Assembly: GCA_965214705.1 (NCBI GenBank)
Contig: OZ243972.1
Coordinates: forward strand, 1,856,001 to 1,920,000
Reading direction: 5' to 3'
DNA: 64,000 nucleotides
From: Alphaproteobacteria bacterium
GTDB taxonomy: Bacteria; Pseudomonadota; Alphaproteobacteria; UBA828
A model generated the notes under the pieces. The model saw only the letters and a program-made list of their open reading frames with translations, had not been told where the DNA came from and ran no database searches. Positions 1-9,994 of this stretch are shown one piece after another; position 1 is the stretch's first letter; every line of letters begins with the position of its first letter. The position numbers were made by a program, and so were the translations under genes.

Positions 1-379
1 CGGAGTCCGGCCAGGAAATCCGGTTCGCCGACGGCACGCGGCGGGTGATGAGCATCCGCGACATCGCCGCGTCCGTTCCGGCCAGGGCCGCGCGGGAGCG
101 GATCAGGGACGAGATGTTCGCGAGCGCGGCGCTCGGGGCGATGGCGGGCGCCGGGCTGATCGGGCTCTTCCTTGCCGTCTTCTGGGTCCGGGGCGCGCAG
201 CTGGGCCGCCAGAAGCGCATCCGGGGCGCGGAGATGGTGACGGCCGCCGAGCTGCGCCGGCGGGTGCAGCCGCCGCATCACCGCGCGCTCGCGAGGCTGC
301 CGGGCGGCAAGCGGCTGCGGCCCTACTCGATCGCCGGCATCCCGTACCCGGAGAGGACGGAGACGCAGCACACCATCGT
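1..379 (+). pseudogene. traD: 5' part of TraD/TrwB-type type IV coupling protein, interrupted at attL (gene starts upstream of window)
   Basis: TM segment followed by 'KRIRGAEMV...SIAGIPYPERTETQHTIV'; continues in frame at ~27549 with VSGTTGSGKT (Walker A). Confidence 0.9.
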
Positions 380-495
380 GCGCACCTTCGGTGCTAACGT
401 ACTGATATAGCGTCGCTTCTTTCCTCCTGATTCAGCCGCTGGAGGCGGATTCGATCCCCGATTTCGCCCCGGCTGCAACATGAAGAACGGGAGGA

Positions 496-1626
496 ATGCC
501 AATGGCGACGCTCCGCCTCAACGACCGCCGCGTCGAGTCGCTCAAGCCCCGAAAGTCCACCTACGACGTTCGCGACCGCGACCTCAGGGGCTTCGGCGTA
601 AGGGTGCTGCCCTCGGGCGCCAAGCGGTATTTCGTACATGCTCAGCACGAAGGCCGGCGGATCTGGAAGATCGTCGGCCGCGCCGGGTCCATCGGCGCGG
701 GCGAGGCCCGCGAACGGGCCAGAACCTTGATCGCCGCGATCCGGAATGGAAACGACGACCAAGCCGCTGCACCGCCGGACACCCCGTTCGAGACGGTGGG
801 CGACGAAGTCTTCCGGCGCTACGCCCGAAACTGGAAGCCGTCGACCCTCAGGGTCAACCGGAACTACTACCGAAACCAGATTCTCCCCTGGTTCCAGGGA
901 CGCCCCATCGCCGACATCACCGCCCGCGACGTCAAGCAGTGGTTCACATCCCTTCACGAGACCCCTGTCGCCGCCGACCGCTCGGCTCCCGTTCTCTCGG
1001 TCATCATGCGCCAGGCCGAGGTCTACGGGTATCGGCCGGAAGGGACCAATCCGTGCGTGGGCATCAAACGGTACCGCCGCCAGGGGCGGGAGCGCTTCCT
1101 GACGGCGGCGGAGCTCCGCCGCCTGGGCGCGATGCTGGCCCGCCACGAGGCCGGCCGCCCGCAGGTCGTGGCGATCATTCGGCTGTTGCTGCTCACCGGG
1201 TGCCGCAAGGGCGAGATCATCACGCTGAAGTGGCGCTACTACCGCGAGGGCAACCTGTTCCTGGCGGACAGCAAAGTCGGGCCGCGCTCGGTCTGGCTCT
1301 CGTCCGCCGCGCGCGAGGTTCTCGACAGCGTACCCCGCAGCCCGGTCTGGGTCTTCCCCTCGCCGCAAACTGACGGATGCCTGACCGTGGCCACACTCGA
1401 CCGGGCCTGGCAGCGCATCAGAGCCGAAGCGGACCTGCGCGATGTCCGTCTTCACGATTGCCGGCACACGTACGCCAGCATGGCGCTGGCACAGGGCGAG
1501 ACGGTGCTGACCATCGGCCGGCTGCTCGGACACCGCGATCCAGCAACGACGCTGAAATACACACACATGTCCGACATCATGGTGCACGAAGCCGCCGATA
1601 CCGTCGGCGTCGTCCTCAAGGGCTAG
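496..1626 (+). CDS. Tyrosine recombinase/integrase with N-terminal arm-binding domain (Int1)
   Basis: TGCRKGE, HDCRH, LLGH, TLKY catalytic motifs; N-terminal 'DRDLRGFGVRVLPSGAKRY'. Confidence 0.93.
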   Translation: MPMATLRLNDRRVESLKPRKSTYDVRDRDLRGFGVRVLPSGAKRYFVHAQHEGRRIWKIVGRAGSIGAGEARERARTLIAAIRNGNDDQAAAPPDTPFETVGDEVFRRYARNWKPSTLRVNRNYYRNQILPWFQGRPIADITARDVKQWFTSLHETPVAADRSAPVLSVIMRQAEVYGYRPEGTNPCVGIKRYRRQGRERFLTAAELRRLGAMLARHEAGRPQVVAIIRLLLLTGCRKGEIITLKWRYYREGNLFLADSKVGPRSVWLSSAAREVLDSVPRSPVWVFPSPQTDGCLTVATLDRAWQRIRAEADLRDVRLHDCRHTYASMALAQGETVLTIGRLLGHRDPATTLKYTHMSDIMVHEAADTVGVVLKG

Positions 1627-1628
1627 GC

Positions 1629-2768
1629 ATGGCCGTGAAAAGGCGGCGTCTGACCGACGCCAACATCGCGAAGCTGGCGCCGAAGGCCCGCGAATACACG
1701 GTGTGGGACACGCGGCATGCCGGTCTCGGCGTGCGCATACGTCCGTCGGGGCACCGCAGCTTCGTCTACTGGCGGAAGGGCAAAGGCGGCGCGCGCAGGA
1801 TCACCCTCGGGTCTGCGGCGTTGATGAGCGTCGAGGAGGCGCGCGCCAAGTGCCTCGCCGTCGAGACCGCAGCCCTTGACGGCCAGCCGGAACGCGGAGA
1901 GGTCCCGACGTTCGCGGAGTTCGTCGCCGGGCCGGAGCGAGTCTTCTTCAACCGGGGCAAGCCGTCGACGCGGAAGGAGGCGAACCGGATGATCAACGCG
2001 CGTCTGCTTCCGGCCTTTGGATCGCTGCCGCTGGACCGGATCACCCGCGCCTGCGTGACCCGCTGGTTCGACGAGTTCAGCCGCACCGCGCCGGGCGGAG
2101 CCAATCATGCGTTGAACCTGCTCGGCAAGTTGCTGAACCACGCGATCGATTGCGGACATCTGCGGACGAACCCGGCCCGGAGCGTGAGGCGCAACCCCCG
2201 CCCCAAGCTCACCCGCTTCCTGTCTCGCGAGGAGGTCCGCCGTCTTCATCGTGCGCTCGACCGCCACGCCGTAGCACGGCCATTGTGCGCGCAACAGGCG
2301 GATATCATCCGCCTTCTCTTGCTGACCGGCTGCCGCCGGAGCGAGATCCTGACGCTGCGCTGGCAAGATGTGGAAGAGGACACGCTCAATCTCGGCGATG
2401 CCAAGAGCGGGCCCAGGCGGGTCTTTCTGAATGCGCCGGCCCGCGCGATCCTGAAGCGGCAGCCGCGATCCGCTTGCGCTTACGTCTTTCCTTCCCCGAA
2501 AAATCCCGGACGACCGCGTTCGCACAACCTGGCGCTCTGGCGTTCGGTGCGCAAGGAGGCCGGGATCGAGGATGTGCGCCTGCATGACCTCAGACACACG
2601 TACGCCAGCCACGCCGTGCTGCAAGGCGTCCCGTTGCCCGTCGTCTCACGCCTGCTCGGCCACAGGCGACCAAGCATGACGCTGCGCTATGCCCATGTCG
2701 GCGACCGCGAGACCGAAGCGGCATCGGAACGTATCGGTGCAGCTATCTCGCGAGCATTGGATGGCTGA
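1629..2768 (+). CDS. Second tyrosine recombinase/integrase (Int2), paralog of Int1
   Basis: ATG 1629 just after the Int1 stop; TGCRRSE, HDLRH, LLGH, TLRY motifs. Confidence 0.92.
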   Translation: MAVKRRRLTDANIAKLAPKAREYTVWDTRHAGLGVRIRPSGHRSFVYWRKGKGGARRITLGSAALMSVEEARAKCLAVETAALDGQPERGEVPTFAEFVAGPERVFFNRGKPSTRKEANRMINARLLPAFGSLPLDRITRACVTRWFDEFSRTAPGGANHALNLLGKLLNHAIDCGHLRTNPARSVRRNPRPKLTRFLSREEVRRLHRALDRHAVARPLCAQQADIIRLLLLTGCRRSEILTLRWQDVEEDTLNLGDAKSGPRRVFLNAPARAILKRQPRSACAYVFPSPKNPGRPRSHNLALWRSVRKEAGIEDVRLHDLRHTYASHAVLQGVPLPVVSRLLGHRRPSMTLRYAHVGDRETEAASERIGAAISRALDG

Positions 2769-2850
2769 TTGCCTCACACCCGATCCACTTGCAAACTCCT
2801 GAGCGGATGCTGCAAGTGCTGGGCTCGCGGCCGGCACCGCAGCGGCCGAT

Positions 2851-3108
2851 ATGAAGAAGGTCACGCTCGGTACTGAGGGCGCCTACCCGCCCTTCAATTG
2901 GATCGACGAGAACGGCGACCTCCAGGGCTTCGACCTCGAAATCGGCAACGCGCTCTGCGCGGCGGCGAACCTGGAGTGCACCTGGGCGGTGAGCTACTTC
3001 TTCATCCTGCTCTCGCGCTTCATCGAGCACCGCCTCTCCGGCCACATGCGCGAGCGCCCGGCAAGCAGCAGCTCAATGTGCCGCGGCCGTCCGCTAAACC
3101 GCCATTGA
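2851..3108 (+). pseudogene. Remnant of a polar amino-acid ABC transporter substrate-binding protein, apparently fused to a permease-like tail
   Basis: 'VTLGTEGAYPPFNWIDENGDLQGFDLEIGNALC' is a family-3 SBP N-terminus; only ~45 aa before switching to 'YFFILLSRFIEHRL'. Confidence 0.7.
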
Positions 3109-3190
3109 GTGTTAAATCACAGAAGTGGGAGTTCGCTTTCGACCCGCCCCCCGATATTATGACACAGGAACCGCTGGAGCCCCGGAACCA

Positions 3191-3824
3191 ATGGAATCGT
3201 GGCAACTGCTTGCAGACATCTGGGATAACGATGTCGCCCGGGCATTCTCTATCGCCATTGTCGTCATCCTTGCCCTGAGTCTACTCGGCTTGCGCTCCCT
3301 TGGCGCGTTAGCCGCCTTCTCTCAACACGGCACCACACTCTGCACAACGCTCGGCGTCCTAGGAACATTTACGGGCATCTTTCTAGGCCTTCTGCAATTC
3401 GATGTCGCCGAAATTGATGCCAGCGTGCCGGAACTCTTGGCGGGCCTCAAGATCGCGTTCTCCACCAGTATCGTGGGGTTAGGTGCGGCGGTGCTCCTCC
3501 GAGCCATCCGATCTTTTGTTCCAACTCGTTCCGAAGGCGCTACAGAGACAACGCCAGAAGCCATTCATCAGACGCTACGAGAAATCAACAACTCGATTAC
3601 CCAAGCTTCTAGAAACCAAGCCGAGGCTCTAACCCAGGTCAGAAGCGCAATTTCAGACGATACTGATAGCAGCCTGGTAACGCAGACACAAAAGCTGCGG
3701 ATAGCTGTTGAAGACGGCAATCTCCAACTGATCGAGCAGTTTAAGCAGTTCGCTGAAAGAATGGCGGAAAACAACTCTCGTGCACTAATCGAAGCACTGG
3801 AACAGGTGATCAGGGACTTTAACG
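3191..3824 (+). pseudogene. zorA: ZorA-like MotA/TolQ/ExbB-family membrane protein, truncated by IS
   Basis: 'TTLGVLGTFTGIFLGL..FD..IDASVPELLAGLKIAFSTSIVGL' plus helical tail 'ENNSRALIEALEQVIRDFN'; lower GC; breaks at IS end 3825. Confidence 0.7.
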
Positions 3825-3844
3825 GTAAGTGGGGCAAATTCTGG

Positions 3845-4515
3845 GAGCGCCAGGCTAACTCTGTCGTGGATAGCCGGTGAAAGTCCGGTGAAGGGAAGGA
3901 CTAACGAACCACCCTTGCCTTGAGCCGTGCGTCGGCCTTCGCGAGGAGGCAGGCGAAGCGTCGGTAGAGGTGCGCGTGGGCAGGACATTGAGCACCGAAA
4001 ATGCCGTCATTCGGAGTGCCGAGGCCATCCAGAAGGTCGAAGGCAACACCGGCCGCCCGCTTTCGTGAGGGCCGGCAGGGCTCCGCGGTGTCCAAGACCC
4101 CAGGCACGCGCGTACGTCCACACAGGGGACCTGGGAGGCCTCTTCATCACCCGTGCCTCAGAGTGCGGGTCGTGACGGGAAGGGTGGATGCCCATAGCCG
4201 TCGATGTACGATGGGGAGGAATCTGACTCGGTCGTAGTACCGTTGAAACGGGGGAACAAAGGGGCGTGACAACCTTGGCGGACTTCGTGGAGGAAAGGAC
4301 CGGGGCCAACGGGAGATCGGGGACCTGAAGCATGTGCCGGGCACAGAACCGGGTAAGCATGTCACAGGAGGGTCTCCGAACACGCCGCCGTGCGAGACGT
4401 CGCAAGAGCGACGAGAGTGCGCCGGACGTCTGACCGGAGGCAGGAGCCGGATGCCTTAGCGGGCACGTCCGGATCTGCGCGGGGGGCGCTGGGTAACCAG
4501 CGTCCCTACCGCGAA
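3845..4515 (+). ncRNA. ORF-less group II intron, copy 1 (671 nt)
   Basis: 5' GAGCG; EBS1 ccagaa (4029-4034) complementary to exon ttctgg; DV gagccggatgcc...cacgtccggatc; DVI ending cctaccgcgaa; only RT remnants in DIV. Confidence 0.88.
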
Positions 4516-5186
4516 GAGCGCCAGGCTAACTCTGTCGTGGATAGCCGGTGAAAGTCCGGTGAAGGGAAGGACTAACGAACCACCCTTGCCTTGAGCCGTG
4601 CGTCGGCCTTCGCGAGGAGGCAGGCGAAGCGTCGGTAGAGGTGCGCGTGGGCAGGACATTGAGCACCGAAAATGCCGTCATTCGGAGTGCCGAGGCCATC
4701 CAGAAGGTCGAAGGCAACACCGGCCGCCCGCTTTCGTGAGGGCCGGCAGGGCTCCGCGGTGTCCAAGACCCCAGGCACGCGCGTACGTCCACACAGGGGA
4801 CCTGGGAGGCCTCTTCATCACCCGTGCCTCAGAGTGCGGGTCGTGACGGGAAGGGTGGATGCCCATAGCCGTCGATGTACGATGGGGAGGAATCTGACTC
4901 GGTCGTAGTACCGTTGAAACGGGGGAACAAAGGGGCGTGACAACCTTGGCGGACTTCGTGGAGGAAAGGACCGGGGCCAACGGGAGATCGGGGACCTGAA
5001 GCATGTGCCGGGCACAGAACCGGGTAAGCATGTCACAGGAGGGTCTCCGAACACGCCGCCGTGCGAGACGTCGCAAGAGCGACGAGAGTGCGCCGGACGT
5101 CTGACCGGAGGCAGGAGCCGGATGCCTTAGCGGGCACGTCCGGATCTGCGCGGGGGGCGCTGGGTAACCAGCGTCCCTACCGCGAA
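4516..5186 (+). ncRNA. ORF-less group II intron, copy 2 (apparently identical, head-to-tail)
   Basis: 671-bp direct repeat of 3845-4515 with no spacer. Confidence 0.88.
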
Positions 5187-5451
5187 GGACGGATTGATGC
5201 GCCGTCTCATGTAGACGCTGGTGTGATGGCGCTTGGGGGTACCCGTTACGCCTGGCGCTGACGGTAGTCCTTGGTGATGGGCATCGGGTCACATTCAGCG
5301 TTTCCTGGCCATCGCAATTCCAGTTCCGGGTGCAGCGACCATGGGCCCGGCCATGTGACGCGACCGCGTTACCGATCCGGATCAGGGGGTTGAGCGAGCA
5401 TTTTTCGCTGGACTTCGCGCGCTTTATGGACAGCGTGCGCGCGGAGGGTCC

Positions 5452-7119
5452 ATGGTCGATTCGCTTCAAACCCAGGCTCAGTTGATCGCGGCTCTGCGGG
5501 CGACGATCGCCGCGCAAGCGGAAACGATCCTTGAGTTGCGTGCCGAGAACGAGCGTCTCAAGGAGACGGTCGCCGTGCACACCGAGACAATCGAGATGCT
5601 CAAGGCCGAGATCCGCCAACTCAAGAGACTGCCCGGCAAGCCGGATATCAAACCGGGCGCGGGCGACGGAGACGGCAAGGGCTCGGGCGGCAAGGGCCTG
5701 GAGGGAGGCCGGCGCTCTTCGGGCGCCTCGAAGAAGCGGCGAGGCCGCAAGCGGGGCCGCGAAGAGGCGAAGCGGGTGGTGCTGTCCGTGCCGGACGCGC
5801 CCGAGGGCTCGGTTCACAAGGATTACCAGGACTATCACGCCCAACTGCTGGAACTCGACGTCTGCAACGTCGTCTTTCAGCGCGAGCGCGTGGTGACGCC
5901 GGACGGGCGCATCGTCGTCGCTGAGCTGCCGGACGGCGTGATCGGCGGCTTCAACCTGGAGCTGCATCGCTTTGTGCTGATGCTCTATCACCAGGGCCAG
6001 AGCACGATCCCGCGCATCACTGCCCTGCTCGATGCGATCGGCCTCGACATCTCGGAGCGCCAGGTGCGGCGCATGCTGACCGGGAACAGGGAGCCGTTCG
6101 TCGGCGAGGCGGCGGAGATCCTGAAGGCGGGTCTTGAAGGGGCGGCCTGGATCTCGGTCGACGACACCGGCGCGCGCCATCAAGGCCGCAACGGCTATTG
6201 CATCTCGATCGGCAACGATTGCTTCGGCTGGTTCGGAACGACGGGGTCGAAGAGCCGGCTGAGCTTCCTCGACACGATGTGCGGCGCCCTCGGCGAGTAC
6301 GTGCTGAACGATGAAGCGTTCCGGTACATGGAGAGCCACGGCATGCCGCGTCGGGCGCTTGACGCGTTGAGGGGGCATGCCGGTGGTCGGTTTGACGGGC
6401 CTGACCTGTGGATGGCGTTCCTCGACGGGCTCGGGATCGACGCCCCCAGGGCCCGGCTCCTCGCCACCGAGGGCGCCCGGCTCGGCTGTCTGTTCGCCCA
6501 TGGCCTGCTGCGCGAGGACAGCGCCATCCTGAGCGACGACGCCGGCCAGTTCGACCTCGGCCTGCACCAGTTCCTGTGCTGGATCCATGCCGAACGGCTC
6601 TACCGCACGTTGCCGGTCTGGAGCGACGCGAGCCGTGCGGCCGTCGATGAGGTGCGCGGCGGCATCTGGCGGACCTACCGGCTGCTCGGCGCCTATTGCC
6701 GCCAGCCAAGCCCCCGCAGACGCGCCGTCGTCGAGCGCAGCTTCGCGCGCACCTTCCGGGCCGGCACCGGCTACCGCCTGCTCGACGAGCAGATCGGGCG
6801 CACCCTCGCAAACCGCGACAAGCTGCTCGCCGTGCTCGACCGCCCCGACGTGCCTGCCCACAACAATCAGCGCGAGGGCGACCTTCGCGTCTGTGTCGTC
6901 CGCCGCAAGGTCTCGGGCGGAACCCGCTCGGATCGAGGCCGTGCCTGCCGCGACGCCTTCCTCACCCACATGAAGACCTGTGCCCGCCATGGTATCTCAT
7001 TCTGGAACTACCTCGGTGACCGCCTGGGCATCCCAGGTGCCGAAAGTGTCCCCTGGCTCCCGGACCTCGCGCGCCAGCGACCGACCGCTGGCCCAGTGCT
7101 CGCCCCGCAGGCCATCTGA
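5452..7119 (+). CDS. IS66-family DDE transposase
   Basis: N-terminal coiled coil; ISVDDTG, SDDAGQF, CWIHAER, HNNQREGDLR motifs. Confidence 0.85.
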   Translation: MVDSLQTQAQLIAALRATIAAQAETILELRAENERLKETVAVHTETIEMLKAEIRQLKRLPGKPDIKPGAGDGDGKGSGGKGLEGGRRSSGASKKRRGRKRGREEAKRVVLSVPDAPEGSVHKDYQDYHAQLLELDVCNVVFQRERVVTPDGRIVVAELPDGVIGGFNLELHRFVLMLYHQGQSTIPRITALLDAIGLDISERQVRRMLTGNREPFVGEAAEILKAGLEGAAWISVDDTGARHQGRNGYCISIGNDCFGWFGTTGSKSRLSFLDTMCGALGEYVLNDEAFRYMESHGMPRRALDALRGHAGGRFDGPDLWMAFLDGLGIDAPRARLLATEGARLGCLFAHGLLREDSAILSDDAGQFDLGLHQFLCWIHAERLYRTLPVWSDASRAAVDEVRGGIWRTYRLLGAYCRQPSPRRRAVVERSFARTFRAGTGYRLLDEQIGRTLANRDKLLAVLDRPDVPAHNNQREGDLRVCVVRRKVSGGTRSDRGRACRDAFLTHMKTCARHGISFWNYLGDRLGIPGAESVPWLPDLARQRPTAGPVLAPQAI

Positions 7120-7187
7120 GATCCTGCCCAAACCGGCCCTCAAGGGCGACTATCACGCCGCTTCATCCCAGGATTTGCCCCTCTTAC

Positions 7188-7257
7188 GCTCCAAGTCTTG
7201 ATTGACTGAACATGCGCCAACAACGATCAAGGTCAACGCAAGCATGGGCCACTTCAT
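7188..7257 (-). pseudogene. Lipoprotein 5' fragment cut by the IS right end
   Basis: aggag RBS, then MKWPMLALTLIVVGAC SVNQDLE (lipobox VGAC), ending at the IS boundary. Confidence 0.55.
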
Positions 7258-7646
7258 TGTGTTCTCCTGATTTTATCTACTGCGGAGGTTGCACTCCAAT
7301 CGGGGGCAGGAGTTCTCGCATCCCCGTTAGCTGTGGACAATGGGCTCGCCGGGGTCCGAGATCAACGCCGCCATCCGCCGCGGCCTCGAAGACGAAGGGG
7401 TGCTGCACGGCCCAGAGCTGGGTGTTGTGCGGCGCGAAAGTGCGCCGAACAACACCTCAGGCTTGTGAGACTTTCTTGCCATCGTCGATCCTCCTCTTTC
7501 CATAACCTAAGGCTGGACCAATCTCATGGTGGAGGATCACTCTGCCTTACATTCGAGACTACTACTAATTTTCAATTCCTGGAGATCTATTTCGGTTTGA
7601 GAGTATACAGAAGTATCGCAACTGTAAATCGTGTAAACGTCCTTTG

Positions 7647-7763
7647 CTACGAGATGGTGGAAATCTCTGGGGCCTCACCTTCTCCCACAATCACTAATTT
7701 CGCGGTAAGGGGAACAGTTCTCTGTTGGTTCGTTATATGGAGCATTCCGTCGAAAGTGATGTT
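7647..7763 (-). CDS. 3' exon of small secreted protein interrupted by the group II intron
   Basis: In frame with exon 15451-15278: ...SSIQDG|NITFDGMLHITNQQRTVPLTAKLVIVGEGEAPEISTIS*. Confidence 0.65.
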   Translation of the reverse strand, partial: NITFDGMLHITNQQRTVPLTAKLVIVGEGEAPEISTIS

Positions 7764-7835
7764 TTTGCGGTAGGAACGCCGGTTACCCAGCGCCCCCCGC
7801 ACAGATCCCCGCAGGCCCGTTAGGGCACGAGGCTC

Positions 7836-8021
7836 CTACCTTGAGTGGTTGACGGCAAATCGCTGGTTTGGCCAAGGGTGGCGGATGCTCAGTGGCGGCC
7901 AAAAGGCCCGCGCCAGGGCGCCGACCTTGGCCAGCGTGAAGCGGTCCTTTTGGGATCGGCGCCGCAGCACGCGACGCCATAGCCGCACGAGCCGGAACGT
8001 GAACTGCTTGAGGTACGGGAA
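7836..8021 (-). pseudogene. ltrA: C-terminal fragment of the intron RT/maturase
   Basis: FPYLKQFTFRLVRLWRRVLRRRSQKDR...IRHPWPNQRFAV*; joins YYAVPTS at 13625. Confidence 0.85.
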
Positions 8022-8185
8022 GGTTAAGGGTTGGGCAGGCTCTCTCTCGAGAGCCTGCCCAACCCTTTTGAACGGAGGCGCGGGCCACGAGAGGCGAAGT
8101 TGAGCGTAAGCGTTACGCAGACCCCATGCCGGAATCTGGGTTGACTACGAGGGGGACTTGTTGAGGAGCGCCGTGAGCGCGCGAG

Positions 8186-9901
8186 TCAATTTGTCTCGGG
8201 CTCGAAGTTCCACGGCAGCAGTTCCTGGATTTTGGACTGCGGGTGACCCTTGGCGATCTTCTCGAGCGTGCTCCGCATCCAGGCGTAAGGCTCGACGCCG
8301 TTCATCTTGCAGGTCTCGATCAGCGATGCGATGCGGGCCCAGGCTTGCGCACCCTCGTCGTTGCCGGCGAAGAGCGCATTCTTGGCGGTGAGCTTCAGCG
8401 GGCGGATTCGGTTTTCCACCAGGTTCGAGTCGATCTCGACGCGGCCGTCGTGCAGGAACTCCAGCAGCCCGTCCCACTGGTTGGCGATATAGGTGAGCTT
8501 CTCGCCGAGACGCGAGCGCGGTGAGACCCGCGAGCGCTGTTCGTCGAGCCAGACACCGAAGGCGTTCACGATCGGCGCCGACTCCTCCCAGCGGATCGCC
8601 TGACGCGTCGCCGGCGGCTCGCCCCGGATCTTCTCCTCGATCGCATAGAGCGTCGCGATCCGCTTCAGGCCAGCCAGCGCGATCGGCGAGGCGCTCGAGT
8701 CGTACACCTCTTTCAGCTTGCGCCTGACGTGCGCCCAGCACAGAGCCCGCGTCACGGGGCCGCCGGGCCGGTCCGGCCGCGCCAGGATGTTGTGGCCCGA
8801 GTAGGCGTCGAGCTGCACCGTCCCCGAAAAGCCCTTCAAGAGCCTGGCGCCATACTTGCCGCCGCGACCGGGCTCATAGCGATAGACAACGCCCGGCGGG
8901 TCGGCGCCGCTCCAGTGGCGCTCGTCGCGCACAAGGGTCCACATGTAGCCCGTCTTCGTCTTGCCCCGGCCCGGGTCGAGAACGCGGATCGTGGTCTCGT
9001 CCAGACCCAGGTGATCCGACTTCTTCAGCTCATCCTTCAGGCAAGCGACCACGGGGCGCAGGTGAAACGACGCCTGCCCCACCCACGTCGCCAGCGTCGC
9101 ACGGTGAACCTCGATCCCCGAGCGCTCGTAAATCTGCGACTGACGGTAGAGCGGGCAATGATCGCCGTACTTCGCGATCAGCACCTGCGCCAGAAGAGCC
9201 TCGGTGGGAAGGCCGCCCTCCACCAGAGAGGCGGGCGCCGACGCCTGCACCACCCCGCCGCCCTTGCACTTGTTGCAGGCGTAGCGGGGGCGCACGGTCT
9301 CGATGACGGTGAACTTCGCCGGCTCATAGTCCAGCCGCTCGCTGCGGTCCTCGCCGATCTTCGTCATCTCGCCGCAGCCGCAGGGGCACATGATCGTGTC
9401 CGGCTCGATCACCTCCTCGCGCCGGTCGACCTGGGGCCCGAAGCGCACCCCGCTGCGCGACCCCCGGGAAGAGCGCCGCCGGCGCTTGCCGCCAGCCCCC
9501 TCGTCCTGCTCCTGGTCATCTGCCTCGGGCCGACCGCCGGCTTCAGCGATCGCCGCCCAAAACTCCTCGAACGTAAGCTGGCGCTCGTCCTCGTTGAGCT
9601 TCTCGGAGCGCGGACCGAACAGCGCCTTCCTGAGCTCCTTGTTGAGATGCTCAAGCCGGCTGATCTGCTCCGCGCTGTGCGCGTTCTCGGCCTCCAGCCG
9701 TGCCGCCCGCGCTTCCGCCGTCTGCCTCGCCGCCTCCGCCGCGCCGCGTGCCTGCTCCGCTTCGCATAGGGCTGCTTCGGTCGCACGGCGCGCCGCGCGC
9801 TCCTCGGCAAGCTCCGCCTGCAGGGTCGCCAGCGCCGCCGAAACCACCGCAGGCGACGGCGAACCGGCGCTGCTGAGGGGTGAGGGCGTGACCTTCGGCA
9901 T
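8186..9901 (-). CDS. tnpC: IS66 transposase TnpC
   Basis: LFGPRSEK, zinc finger CPCGC..CNKC, LDETT, CWAHVRR, IDSNLVENRIR. Confidence 0.93.
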   Translation of the reverse strand: MPKVTPSPLSSAGSPSPAVVSAALATLQAELAEERAARRATEAALCEAEQARGAAEAARQTAEARAARLEAENAHSAEQISRLEHLNKELRKALFGPRSEKLNEDERQLTFEEFWAAIAEAGGRPEADDQEQDEGAGGKRRRRSSRGSRSGVRFGPQVDRREEVIEPDTIMCPCGCGEMTKIGEDRSERLDYEPAKFTVIETVRPRYACNKCKGGGVVQASAPASLVEGGLPTEALLAQVLIAKYGDHCPLYRQSQIYERSGIEVHRATLATWVGQASFHLRPVVACLKDELKKSDHLGLDETTIRVLDPGRGKTKTGYMWTLVRDERHWSGADPPGVVYRYEPGRGGKYGARLLKGFSGTVQLDAYSGHNILARPDRPGGPVTRALCWAHVRRKLKEVYDSSASPIALAGLKRIATLYAIEEKIRGEPPATRQAIRWEESAPIVNAFGVWLDEQRSRVSPRSRLGEKLTYIANQWDGLLEFLHDGRVEIDSNLVENRIRPLKLTAKNALFAGNDEGAQAWARIASLIETCKMNGVEPYAWMRSTLEKIAKGHPQSKIQELLPWNFEPETN

Positions 9902-9994
9902 GGCCGATCCCTTAATCCGATTCGCCAATGCGTGACCAGGGAAAAGTGCAGGCGGGACCTCGACAAAAATCTGCGGACCCGCCTGCGTCTCGCC

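Larger units (their letters stand above)
3825..7187 (+). mobile_element. Single-ORF IS66-family element (ISBst12-like), left IR interrupted by tandem introns
   Basis: IRL gtaagtggggcaaattctgg|g vs IRR (rc) gtaagaggggcaaatcctggg; flanks show no target duplication. Confidence 0.8.

Noticed and set aside
3845-5186. Small ORFs within the 671-bp repeats
   Set aside because: The sequence is ribozyme structure with only RT remnants
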